Shown: positions 42,552 through 53,761 of the stretch, piece by piece
How the letters are laid out: each line of letters begins with the position of its first letter
Numbering within the stretch: position 1 is the stretch's first letter
Program-made: the position numbers and the translations under genes
DNA from: Flavobacteriales bacterium
Lineage (GTDB): Bacteria > Bacteroidota > Bacteroidia > Flavobacteriales_F > PHOS-HE28
Reading direction: 5' to 3'
Length of the DNA: 64,000 bases
Assembly (NCBI GenBank): GCA_020852835.1
Contig: JADZAC010000049.1
Coordinates: 19,378 to 83,377 of the forward strand
Notes under the pieces: model-generated
Told to the model about the DNA's origin: nothing
Database searches by the model: none
What the model saw: the letters and a program-made list of their open reading frames with translations, nothing else

Positions 42552-42916
42552 AGAAGATCTTGATCGTCGAGGACGAAGCCATCATCTCATTCGGCTACCG
42601 GCTGCAGTTGGAGCAGATGGGCTTTGAGGTTACCGGCAGTGCTTCCAACAGTGCCGAGGCCGAAAAGCTCATGCAGAAGGAGCATCCGGACGCCATCATG
42701 ATGGACGTGTTCCTCAAGGGCGAAAAAACCGGGTTGGACCTCGCCCGGGAGATCCGCGCCACCGACAAGCTGCCCATCGTGTTCCTCACGGCCAGCAACA
42801 AACCGGAGATCGTGGAAGGCATCCGCGACCTCGGTGGCTGCCACTACCTGCTCAAGCCGGTGGATCCGGACGGCCTGAACCAGGTGCTGCACCGCATCAT
42901 GCATGGCGAGGCCTGA
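42548..42916 (+). CDS. Stand-alone response-regulator receiver (REC) protein
   Basis: Motifs ILIVEDE, AIMMDVFL and LLKPV. 122 aa. Overlaps its neighbours by 4 and 14 nt. Confidence 0.8.
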   Translation: MKKILIVEDEAIISFGYRLQLEQMGFEVTGSASNSAEAEKLMQKEHPDAIMMDVFLKGEKTGLDLAREIRATDKLPIVFLTASNKPEIVEGIRDLGGCHYLLKPVDPDGLNQVLHRIMHGEA

Positions 42917-43634
42917 GCCGCCAAGGGCATTGGACCCTGACAACCGCGAGCAGCGCAACGAACGGCTGCACCAATTCTCCCATGCCCTGAAAAATCGCAT
43001 GGGCGCAATGTGGCAGGCTTCCTCCATGCTGCACGACCTGCCCGAAGGCCCTGAGCGGGCCCAACTGCTGGCGCTGGCCGAAAGGAATTATTTCCAGGCC
43101 GCCCGGGAGCTGGAGGAGCTCATGGAGGATCTTGCGGTACCGCGCGGCATCACCAAGCTGAAATGTTCCCGGTTGGAATTGCTTCCCTTGCTGGAGCGGT
43201 GCATTGCCAACACGGCCTACCGCACCACCGGCAAGCAGCAGCAACTGCAACTGAACGCCGCTGCCCTGCCCCCGATAAACGGAGACCCCGAGGTGCTGGG
43301 GCAGTTGTTTGAAGCCTTGCTTTCCAACGCGAGCAAGTTCTCCCCCAAGGGCACCGTGATCCAGGTGGCCTTGCGGCAAGAGGCGGGTGAAGCCGTGCTG
43401 GAGGTGGAAGACCAAGGGGTGGGCCTCGATCCCGCGGACCTGGGTGAAGTGTTCACGCGGTATGCCATGCTCAGTTCCCGCAGTACCAATGGTGAGTCCC
43501 AAGCCCGGGGCACATTGGCCCGGGCACGTCAGTGGGCCCTGTTGCATGGAGGTACCTTGGCTGCCCACAGCGCAGGCCCCGGCCAAGGCTGCACCTTCAG
43601 CCTGAGGTTGCCCTTGGCTTCAGACCCTGTTTAG
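42903..43634 (+). CDS. Cytoplasmic histidine kinase with no sensor or TM domain (HisKA plus HATPase_c)
   Basis: H-box (LHQFSHALKNRMGAM), N-box (LLSNASKFS), G1 (DQGVGLD) and G2 (GTLARARQWALLHGGTL). Confidence 0.7.
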   Translation: MARPEPPRALDPDNREQRNERLHQFSHALKNRMGAMWQASSMLHDLPEGPERAQLLALAERNYFQAARELEELMEDLAVPRGITKLKCSRLELLPLLERCIANTAYRTTGKQQQLQLNAAALPPINGDPEVLGQLFEALLSNASKFSPKGTVIQVALRQEAGEAVLEVEDQGVGLDPADLGEVFTRYAMLSSRSTNGESQARGTLARARQWALLHGGTLAAHSAGPGQGCTFSLRLPLASDPV

Positions 43635-43798
43635 GATCTCTTCAAACTCGTCCTCCGGTCTCTATGCCGCCCCCTTGGCCGGACGGAGATGATCCCGTAC
43701 ACACCGCTACGCGATGATTTCCGGCTGCACTTGAACGAAAACCAGCCTCGGAGTCAATTCGTTCAAGAGCTCCCGAACAGGCTCTGGGGCGGCCGCCG

Positions 43799-44737
43799 TT
43801 ACTCTTCCACCCGCCGAATGTGCTTGGCCACCCGCTGCCCGCGGCTGTTGAAGGCCACATTGAACTCCAGCAGCACGCCCACCTGCAGGCTACTGAACTC
43901 CACCTCTTCCAGATCGTCGTGCAGGAAGAACACGTTGTTGTCCGGGAAGCGGATGAAGCCGTAGCCGTTGTGCAGGCTCATCACCTCACCGCGGTAGCGC
44001 TCGGTGTCGGAAAGCGGCATGGCCATGCTCTGCAAGGGGCGTTCCGGATCGCCCTCCCGGGGCAGGGCTTCCTTCTGGACAAACATGTCTTCCACCACTT
44101 CATCGCCGTCGCGCAAACCGGATTCCACCAGCTCGGCCATCTCCAAAGGGTAGCTTACCACGTTCCACAGGTCGGTGCTGGTCTTGGTGGTCTGCAACTC
44201 CCCCGAAGCTTCGTCCGTGTATTCGAAATCCCAGCCCAGCAGCATCGTCTTGCAGCCCAGGCCGTGCAGCTTGCGCACCAGGGGCACATGGTCGCCATCG
44301 CTGGCGATCAGGGCCACCACGTCATAGCGTTTGTGCATGCACAGTTCAAAGGTTTCCAAGGCCATCAGCACATCAATGCCCTTTTCGCGCTTGCGGCCCA
44401 TGAGGTCCTTCACGGGCAGGTAGTGCGTTTGTACGCCGTTGTACATCAGCACATCGTCGAACACGCGATCATAGTAGAGTTGGTTGGCCTTCTCGTTGGC
44501 ATCCTTGGCACTGAACCGGCCCCGGAAGAAGTGGGCATCGATGACGTGGCACAAGCTGGGCACCGTGCCTTCGCGTTCGGCCACCATGTGCTTGATAAAA
44601 TCATGCACCCCCCCGATGTGCAGCCGACGCCGGTGGGGATGCACGTAATTGTAGTAGTTGCTCACATGGGTGAAATAGCTGCCGTCGTAGAAAATGCCGA
44701 CTTTCAGCGCTGGATTCCGGGGATGATCGGTATGCAT
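43799..44737 (-). CDS. NYN-domain (LabA-like) ribonuclease-fold protein fused to a C-terminal cold-shock domain
   Basis: N-terminus KVGIFYDGSYF..., typical of NYN/LabA. C-terminus GEVMSLHNGYGFIRFPDNNVFFLHDDLEEVEF is a CSD. Confidence 0.7.
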   Translation of the reverse strand: MHTDHPRNPALKVGIFYDGSYFTHVSNYYNYVHPHRRRLHIGGVHDFIKHMVAEREGTVPSLCHVIDAHFFRGRFSAKDANEKANQLYYDRVFDDVLMYNGVQTHYLPVKDLMGRKREKGIDVLMALETFELCMHKRYDVVALIASDGDHVPLVRKLHGLGCKTMLLGWDFEYTDEASGELQTTKTSTDLWNVVSYPLEMAELVESGLRDGDEVVEDMFVQKEALPREGDPERPLQSMAMPLSDTERYRGEVMSLHNGYGFIRFPDNNVFFLHDDLEEVEFSSLQVGVLLEFNVAFNSRGQRVAKHIRRVEE

Positions 44738-44849
44738 TTGGTATAAGTGTTGTTTGGATCGGGTAAAGGTACCGGGGGCGGCGAAGATGGCGAACGGTCT
44801 TCATATTCTTTTGCAACGGGCAGCGTGCCACCCCGCCTATCTTTCGGCC

Positions 44850-45407
44850 ATGCGCCCATTCGCCTCCTTGCTGCTGCTTGCATGCAGCACAACGGCCATG
44901 ACGCAACCGGGGCCGTTCCCGGCGCCCCGCCCATTGGTGCTGGTGGAGAATGTGGCCCTGCCCATGTCCATGGCCCAGGTGGAGCAAGCCGCCCGGCAAG
45001 CATGGCCATGGTCCTTTGGGCAAGAACCCGGTGCCGCCCTGCTGCAAGCCACTGGCAACGGGCGGATCGAGGGCACTGCGCGGTTCAACTATCGCTCCTC
45101 CAGTGTGGGCAACCGCCTGCAAACCCTGGGTGTGATCCGTTACCACATCACCATCCAGGCGGCCAACGGCCAATGCCAGCTGCGCATCAGCCAATTCACC
45201 CACACGGGCAACAGCAACGTTCCGGGCGGGCCGATCAACTTGGGAACGCTCTATGAGGGCACCCGGCCCGATGTGCGCGTGGCCCAGGTAAGCCGCAGTA
45301 CCGCCACGCGCCTGCACGACGATATGCGCGCGCAGGTCACCGCCCATCTGCGCACGGTGATCGGCAGTTTTTCCGCCCGCCTGCGCAGTTCGGCACAAGA
45401 TCGGTAA
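44850..45407 (+). CDS. Secreted protein of unknown function (DUF4468-like)
   Basis: Signal peptide MRPFASLLLLACSTTAM. About 185 aa. I recognise no catalytic motifs. Confidence 0.4.
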   Translation: MRPFASLLLLACSTTAMTQPGPFPAPRPLVLVENVALPMSMAQVEQAARQAWPWSFGQEPGAALLQATGNGRIEGTARFNYRSSSVGNRLQTLGVIRYHITIQAANGQCQLRISQFTHTGNSNVPGGPINLGTLYEGTRPDVRVAQVSRSTATRLHDDMRAQVTAHLRTVIGSFSARLRSSAQDR

Positions 45408-45434
45408 CGCCGCACCCCGCACCTGCGTTGAACG

Positions 45435-46763
45435 GTGCCAAATCCCGTTGCCGTGAAAGCACCTTCCTGGTCTATTCTGCCATGGGCGGCCATCGTGTTC
45501 GCCTGCTCCTTTGTGGCCTGGGACATCGCCCTGATGTCGCGCACCTCACAAGCCCAGGCCGAGATCAACACCCAACTGGGGCATTTGGAACGATTGGTGC
45601 GGGTGGAACGCGCCATGGAAGCGCTCGCGCTCACCCATGCCGCCGACTTGAATGAAGGAACGCACAACTGGGCGCAGCGTTTGGCCGAAACCCATGCCCT
45701 GATCGGGGAAGAATTGGGCAATGGGGCGCAGGCGGCAAACCTCACCGACCTGCACCAGCACTTGGAGAAAGACCTGGTGGCGCTGGACTCCCTGCACCGC
45801 GACGCCAAGCACCTGGTTCCGGGATCACAAGCCGCCAGTATCGCCGAAGCGGTATTCGGGCTGGTGGTTCAGCGCACGCGCAGCCAGCTGGAAACCGGCG
45901 CCCAACTGATCCGCAAGGAAGGCTTGGGGCAAGGAACCGTGGCCCTGGGCCGGCAGTGGGGTGAAGCCCAGTGGTTGCTGGGCCTGGCCAGCCTGTTCGC
46001 ATTGGTCTGTGCGGCATTGGTGGCCTACGTGGCCCAATTGCTCTCACGGGCGCAAGAGCACTCCGCCCTGTTGGCCACCACCGGCCGGGAACTGGAGCAA
46101 CGCAACAAGGAACTGCGCGAAACCATGCTCAGCAAAGAAGAAAAGGAGGTGATGCTCAAAGAGATCCACCACCGCGTAAAGAACAACCTGCAGATCGTGC
46201 GCAGCCTGATCCGCTTCCAAACCGACAAAGTGGACGACCCGCGCACCTTGGAGCTCTTCAACGAATGTGTGAACCGCGTGGGGGCCATGGCCTTGGTGCA
46301 TGAACAGACCTACATGAGCAAGGACCTCGCCAACATCGACGTGCGCACCTACCTGAACTCCCTGGTACGCGACCTCATTTCCGCCTACAACATCCGCCTG
46401 AAGCTCAACCTGGACGTGGATATCCAAGTGAAGACCTTGCCCGTGGACACGCTCACCCCGCTGGGGCTGCTGATCAACGAGGTGGTCAGCAACAGCTTCA
46501 AGCACGCCTTCAAAGGCCGTGAAGAAGGGCGCATCATCATGCACCTCAGTGAAACCTCCTTCGGCGGGCTGTTGCTGCGGATAGGTGATGATGGCGTGGG
46601 TTTGGCCGACAAAGGCACCTGGGAGAAGCCCGGCAGCCTGGGCATGGAGCTGATCCACACCTTGGCCGGCCAGCTCAACGCCACGGTAGCCGTGCAACCC
46701 GGCCCCGGCATGGTGTATGAGCTGGAAGTTGTGCCCGACGCCGAGATACGCCGCCGGGCTTGA
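45435..46763 (+). CDS. Membrane sensor histidine kinase of the HisKA_2 / HWE-like type
   Basis: N-terminal TM segments. Long coiled-coil region. H-box EIHHRVKNNLQIVRSLI, characteristic of HisKA_2. C-terminal HATPase (GLADKG...PGMVYELEV). The start codon is uncertain and appears to be GTG. Confidence 0.7.
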   Translation: MPNPVAVKAPSWSILPWAAIVFACSFVAWDIALMSRTSQAQAEINTQLGHLERLVRVERAMEALALTHAADLNEGTHNWAQRLAETHALIGEELGNGAQAANLTDLHQHLEKDLVALDSLHRDAKHLVPGSQAASIAEAVFGLVVQRTRSQLETGAQLIRKEGLGQGTVALGRQWGEAQWLLGLASLFALVCAALVAYVAQLLSRAQEHSALLATTGRELEQRNKELRETMLSKEEKEVMLKEIHHRVKNNLQIVRSLIRFQTDKVDDPRTLELFNECVNRVGAMALVHEQTYMSKDLANIDVRTYLNSLVRDLISAYNIRLKLNLDVDIQVKTLPVDTLTPLGLLINEVVSNSFKHAFKGREEGRIIMHLSETSFGGLLLRIGDDGVGLADKGTWEKPGSLGMELIHTLAGQLNATVAVQPGPGMVYELEVVPDAEIRRRA

Positions 46764-46949
46764 ACCGGGATCACGCGGGCCTTGCGCCCATGCCCTTCCT
46801 GGAACGCACAAGCGGCCTTTCAGAGCCCCAACTGCGCCAAACCTCCTGCGGCCGGGTGCCTACGGGCCCGGCCGCATGCCCGATCGAGGCACACGGGCCG
46901 GCCACCAGCCCGGCAAGTGCCTACTTTTGGGCCCTTACCCGAAAAAACC

Positions 46950-49133
<2,184 letters not shown>

Positions 49134-49155
49134 CCCCCTTGCCGCCACCGCATGC

Positions 49156-49196
49156 AAAGCCCCGGTGCACCATGCACCGGGGCTTTGTTCCTTTGT
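49156..49196 (+). terminator. Rho-independent terminator after the prolyl oligopeptidase gene
   Basis: Perfect 14-bp stem AAAGCCCCGGTGCA / TGCACCGGGGCTTT with a 3-nt loop, followed by GTTCCTTTG. Confidence 0.6.
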
Positions 49197-49199
49197 GCC

Positions 49200-49709
49200 A
49201 TGCCCGTACCGCACTTCATCCTGCGGCCCTTCCGGCCGGAAGACCTGCATGCCCTGGTGATCCACGCGAACGACCCTTCCGTGGCCGCCAACCTCACGGA
49301 TGCCTTCCCCCACCCATACACCGAGGCACATGGGCGCCGTTTCTTGGAAGAGGCCGCCCAAGGCCCGGCCTTGCGGCGGTGCATTGAAGTGGATGGCGCT
49401 TGCGCAGGCGCTGCCGGCCTGCACCCCAAGCAGGACGTGTGGCGGAACAACTTGGAACTGGGCTATTGGCTTGCCCGGGAGCATCGGGGCAAGGGCATCA
49501 TGACCGCCGTTGTTCAGCAGATGGTGCAGCTGGGCTTTGCGGCCTTTCCGGAGGTCACCCGCATCCACGCTTCACCCTTCGGGCGGAACATTGCTTCGCA
49601 ACGGGTTTTAGAGAAGGCCGGGTTCCGCCTGGAAGCCGAGCTCATCGGCACCTTGGTGAAGCATGGGCAGGTAGAGGACGAGCTGATCTACGCCATACGC
49701 CGCCATTGA
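49200..49709 (+). CDS. GNAT-family N-acetyltransferase (RimJ/RimL-like)
   Basis: Motif A region HRGKGIMTAVVQQMVQLGF. Confidence 0.75.
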   Translation: MPVPHFILRPFRPEDLHALVIHANDPSVAANLTDAFPHPYTEAHGRRFLEEAAQGPALRRCIEVDGACAGAAGLHPKQDVWRNNLELGYWLAREHRGKGIMTAVVQQMVQLGFAAFPEVTRIHASPFGRNIASQRVLEKAGFRLEAELIGTLVKHGQVEDELIYAIRRH

Positions 49710-49752
49710 CGCGCGCGCCCCATGCCCCGCGGCGCCTGCTACCTTGCGCCCC

Positions 49753-50820
49753 ATGCTGAAGGACCTGTTGGTGATCGAAACCGCCGGAGTATTGGCCGGC
49801 CCTGCTGTGGGCATGTTCTTCGCCGAGCTGGGCGCCCGCGTGGTGAAACTGGAAAACCCGCGCCAAGGCGGCGATGTAACGCGCAAGTGGAAGCTGCCGG
49901 AGGAAGACCCCTCCTCTTCCATCAGCAGCTATTTCAGTAGCGTGAACCACGGCAAGGAGCACCAGTTCCCCGACCTGGCAGCACCCGAAGGCCGTGCTGA
50001 GCTTGATGCCCTTGTGGCGCAGGCTGATGTGCTCATCAGCAACCAAATGGACAAGGACAGCGAAAAGCTCGGCCTGGGGCGCGAACGCCTGCGCATGCTC
50101 AACCCGCGCCTCGTGCACGGCCACATTCGGGGTTACGCGGGCAATCCGGCAAGGCCGGCGTATGATGTGGTACTGCAAGCCGAAACCGGCTACATCAGCA
50201 TGTGCGGCACCGATCGCGGGCACCTGGCCAAGCTGCCCGTGGCGATGATCGACATCCTGGCGGCGCACCAGCTGAAGGAAGGCCTGCTGCTGGCCTTGCT
50301 GGAAAGGGGCCGCACCGGCAAAGGCGCCTATGTGGAAGTATCGTTGGAAGAAGCGGCCTTGGCCGGCTTGGTCAACCAGGCCAGCAACTGGCTGATGGCC
50401 GGGCACGTGGCCGGGCCGTTGGGCACCTTGCACCCCAATATCGCACCCTATGGCGAGCACTTCACCTGTGCGGACGGGCAGCGAGTGATCCTAGCGGTGG
50501 GGAGCGATGCACAATTCGGGAAGTTGTGCAAGGTATTGGGCATGGGATCGCTGCCTGCCGAGCCGCGGTTCAGCACCAACGTGCAGCGGGTGGCCCACCG
50601 GGACCAGCTCGCCCAACAGCTGGCTGCGGCAATCGGCAACCGCCAGGCCCCGGAACTACTGGCGCAGTTGGAAGCGGCAGGGGTGCCCGCCGGCGCGGTG
50701 AACACCGTGGACCGGGCATTGGGCAGCGCGACGGCACAGGCCATGCTGGTGGAAGAGCGAATGGACGGCCGCTTGACCAAGCGGATCCGGGGCAACGCCT
50801 TCCGGATCCTGCCCGGGTAG
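49753..50820 (+). CDS. CoA-transferase family III (CaiB/BaiF) protein
   Basis: N-terminus LKDLLVIETAGVLAGPAVGMFFAELGARVVKLENP and the conserved catalytic Asp region (VDILAAH). Confidence 0.8.
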   Translation: MLKDLLVIETAGVLAGPAVGMFFAELGARVVKLENPRQGGDVTRKWKLPEEDPSSSISSYFSSVNHGKEHQFPDLAAPEGRAELDALVAQADVLISNQMDKDSEKLGLGRERLRMLNPRLVHGHIRGYAGNPARPAYDVVLQAETGYISMCGTDRGHLAKLPVAMIDILAAHQLKEGLLLALLERGRTGKGAYVEVSLEEAALAGLVNQASNWLMAGHVAGPLGTLHPNIAPYGEHFTCADGQRVILAVGSDAQFGKLCKVLGMGSLPAEPRFSTNVQRVAHRDQLAQQLAAAIGNRQAPELLAQLEAAGVPAGAVNTVDRALGSATAQAMLVEERMDGRLTKRIRGNAFRILPG

Positions 50821-50825
50821 GCTGC

Positions 50826-51389
50826 TCAACCGGCGGTTTTGCGTTCGCGCTTCAAGGCTGTGCCGAACTGTTGCGCCAAGGCGCGTGCCTCCGCATCGGT
50901 GAGGCCGCGGCCCATGGCCACCTTCTTGCCGTGGTATTCGAAGCCGAGCTGCTCGGCACCACGCGTCCAGAAGGAATCGCTCAACTGCCACTTCCAGCTG
51001 TCCTTCTCCACGTTCAGCAGGCCGAAACGCTGGATGTTGGCCACGAAATAGTGGTTGGCTTTGCCGAAACCGAACAGGCTGTCCTTCACGGTGAGCTCGC
51101 CCTCTTTCAAGCGCCACAGTTCAAAGCCCTTGGTGCGCCAAAGCACCACGCGCGCGATCCGCACCTCAAAGTAGGCCCAGAAGGAGAGCATCACCACCAG
51201 CGGCACGCGCAGGTCCTGGTCTGTGCCGGAGGCCAGTTCATACAAGAAAGCCATGCCGCAGCCCGTCCAGGCCACCAGCCAGCCGAGCAGCAGATAGCGC
51301 CGGGTTTTGGGCAGCCGATTGCTGATCACCACGCTCATGCCGCCCTCGGCGGGCTGCTCCACGCTCACCCGTTCGCTAATGAACTCCAT
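50826..51389 (-). CDS. Hypothetical membrane protein (two TM helices plus a PH-like soluble domain), co-transcribed with bshA
   Basis: Start set at MEFISERV. Overlaps the bshA stop by 14 nt. Confidence 0.35.
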   Translation of the reverse strand: MEFISERVSVEQPAEGGMSVVISNRLPKTRRYLLLGWLVAWTGCGMAFLYELASGTDQDLRVPLVVMLSFWAYFEVRIARVVLWRTKGFELWRLKEGELTVKDSLFGFGKANHYFVANIQRFGLLNVEKDSWKWQLSDSFWTRGAEQLGFEYHGKKVAMGRGLTDAEARALAQQFGTALKRERKTAG

Positions 51390-52521
51390 TGGTCTGCACG
51401 TGTTCCACCACCTCACGGTACAACTCCTCATAGCGCGGCAGCACGTTGGTGATATCAAAGCGGGCGGCCGAAGAGCGCGCCCCTTGGCGGTAGGCCGCCA
51501 AGGCAGCTTCGTCCCCAAGGATGGAGAGCGCATGGCGCACCATGGTCTCCGTATCGCCCACCGGGTTGAGCAGGCCTGCCACGCCGCTCTCCACCACCTC
51601 GGCCGTACCACCGCTGTCCGTGGTCACCACCGGTACACCGCAGGCCATGGCTTCCAAGGCGGCAAGGCCGAAACTCTCCGTTTCACTGGTGAGCACGAAG
51701 AGGTCGCTGTTGGCCACCACATCCTCCGGCTCGGTCATTTTGCCTAGGAACAGCACATCATCGCAGGTTCCGTTGGCGCGGCACATCATTTCGGCGGCAT
51801 GCCGGTCCGGGCCGTCCCCGATCAGCAACAGCCGCGATGGCAGCTGGGCACGCACGCCCAGGAACACCTTCAGCACGTCCATCACGCGCTTCACCGGCCG
51901 GAAGTTGCTCACATGCACCAATAGCTTCTCCCCATTGGGAGCGAAGCGGCGGCGCAGCTCGGGGTCGGGCTGCCGTGCGTACCGGTCCATGCGGATGAAG
52001 TTGGGGATCACCCGGATCTCCCTTCCCACGGGAAAATGCTCCAGCGTATCCCTGCGCAAACTTTCGGAAACGGCGGTGACGGCGGTGCTGTGCTCAATGG
52101 CAAAGGTGATCACCGGCTCGAAGCTGGGATCGCGCCCCACCAGCGTGATGTCCGTGCCGTGCAAGGTGGTGATGAACGGGATGCGGATGCCCTTGGAAAG
52201 CAGGATCCGTTGGGCCATCCAGGCCGCCGAGGCATGCGGTATGGCGTAGTGCACGTGCAGCAGGTCCAACCGCTCATGGCGGGCCACATCCACCAGCTTG
52301 CTGGTAAGCACCAGCTCGTAGGGTTGGTAGTCGAACAAGGGATAGTCGCTCACCCGCACCTCATGATAGAAGATGTTGGCCTTTCCGCTGCCCAGTCGCA
52401 CCGGCCGGTCGTAGGTGATGAAATGCACGATGTGCCCCTCTTCGGCCAAGGCCAGGCCCAGCTCGGTGGCCACCACGCCCGATCCGCCGAACGTGGGGTA
52501 ACATACAATGCCGATGCGCAT
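51376..52521 (-). CDS. bshA: N-acetyl-alpha-D-glucosaminyl L-malate synthase BshA (GT4 glycosyltransferase, bacillithiol biosynthesis)
   Basis: Closely matches the Bacillus BshA N-terminus (MRIGIVCYPTFGGSGVVATELG...HFIT) and the C-terminal GT4 motifs (ESFGLAALEAMACGVPVV). Confidence 0.8.
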   Translation of the reverse strand: MRIGIVCYPTFGGSGVVATELGLALAEEGHIVHFITYDRPVRLGSGKANIFYHEVRVSDYPLFDYQPYELVLTSKLVDVARHERLDLLHVHYAIPHASAAWMAQRILLSKGIRIPFITTLHGTDITLVGRDPSFEPVITFAIEHSTAVTAVSESLRRDTLEHFPVGREIRVIPNFIRMDRYARQPDPELRRRFAPNGEKLLVHVSNFRPVKRVMDVLKVFLGVRAQLPSRLLLIGDGPDRHAAEMMCRANGTCDDVLFLGKMTEPEDVVANSDLFVLTSETESFGLAALEAMACGVPVVTTDSGGTAEVVESGVAGLLNPVGDTETMVRHALSILGDEAALAAYRQGARSSAARFDITNVLPRYEELYREVVEHVQTNGVH

Positions 52522-52643
52522 GGGGGGAAGTTCGAAAAGCGGGGCAAAGGTCGCATGCGGGGCCCAAAGGCGGAAAAGCCCGTGGAGCGGGCTGCCTTCC
52601 GAGGTGCCCCCCGAGGGCATTTCTGATCGCACAGCCTATGGGC

Positions 52644-52651
52644 TACCTTTG
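52644..52651 (+). promoter_or_regulatory. Candidate -7 element TACCTTTG upstream of serC
   Basis: Matches TAnnTTTG, about 38 nt upstream of the serC ATG. Confidence 0.35.
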
Positions 52652-52688
52652 CCGCCGCAAATTCCAACACATGCCCATCGACACCCGC

Positions 52689-53759
52689 ATGAAGGTCCAC
52701 AATTACAGCGCAGGCCCCTGCATTTTGCCGCAGGAGGTATTTGAGAAGTCCGCCCAGGCCGTGATCGAACTGGACGGCAGCGGTTTGAGCATCCTGGAGA
52801 TCAGCCACCGCAGCAAGCCGTTCATCGAGATCATGGAGAAAGCCCGTGCCTTGGTGAAGGAACTGCTGGGCGCGCCGGACCATTACCAAGTGGTATTCCT
52901 GGGCGGTGGCGCCAGCATGGGTTTCCACTTGGTGCCGCAGAACTTCATGAAGTTGGGCGGCAAGGGCGCCTACGCCCACACGGGTGAATGGTCCAAGCGG
53001 GCCATCAAGGAAGCCAAGCTGGCGGGCGAGGCTGTGGTGGTGGCCAGCAGCGAGGACAAGAATTTCACGTACATCCCCAAGGGCTTTACCGTGCCCGGCG
53101 ATGCGGACTACTTCCACTTCACCAGCAACAACACCATCTTCGGCACGCAGTACAAGGAGTTCCCCAAGAGCCCGGTGCCCTTGGTGTGCGACATGAGCAG
53201 CGACATCTTCAGCCGGCCGGTGAACGTGCCGGATTTCGCCATGATCTATGCCGGTGCACAGAAGAACATGGGCCCGGCCGGGGCCACCATGTACCTGATG
53301 GACCCCGGGGCCTTGGGCAAAACGGGCCGCCCCCTCAGCCCCATGATGGACCTGGCCAACCACGCCGCCAAGGAAAGTATGTACAACACCCCGCCGGTAT
53401 TCCCGGTGTACGTCATCATGCTCACCCTCGAGTGGCTGAAGCGAACGGGCGGCGTGGCCGCTGCGGAAAAGCGCAACACCGCCAAGGCGGAGCTGCTGTA
53501 CACGGCGATCGACCGGCTGCCCATCTTCCAAGGCACCACCGCCAATGAGGACCGATCGGCCATGAACGCCACGTTCGTGCTGCGGGACAAGGCGCTGGAG
53601 CCGGCGTTCGATGCGCTGTGGAAAGAGGCAGGCATCAGCGGCCTGCGCGGGCACCGCGATGTGGGCGGCTACCGCGCCAGCATGTACAATGCCCTGCCGT
53701 TGGAAAGCGTGCAGGCGCTGGTGGAGGTCATGGAGCAATTCGCAAAAAAGAACGGTTGA
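52689..53759 (+). CDS. serC: Phosphoserine aminotransferase
   Basis: N-terminus MKVHNYSAGPCILP and a PLP-lysine region of the class V aminotransferase fold. Confidence 0.85.
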   Translation: MKVHNYSAGPCILPQEVFEKSAQAVIELDGSGLSILEISHRSKPFIEIMEKARALVKELLGAPDHYQVVFLGGGASMGFHLVPQNFMKLGGKGAYAHTGEWSKRAIKEAKLAGEAVVVASSEDKNFTYIPKGFTVPGDADYFHFTSNNTIFGTQYKEFPKSPVPLVCDMSSDIFSRPVNVPDFAMIYAGAQKNMGPAGATMYLMDPGALGKTGRPLSPMMDLANHAAKESMYNTPPVFPVYVIMLTLEWLKRTGGVAAAEKRNTAKAELLYTAIDRLPIFQGTTANEDRSAMNATFVLRDKALEPAFDALWKEAGISGLRGHRDVGGYRASMYNALPLESVQALVEVMEQFAKKNG

Positions 53760-53761
53760 AG

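Noticed and set aside
46847-46876. 10-bp stem hairpin TGCGGCCGGG...CCCGGCCGCA downstream of the HisKA_2 kinase.
   Set aside because: A GC-rich stem without a U-tract, in a GC-rich genome where such stems arise by chance. Noted only as a possible terminator.
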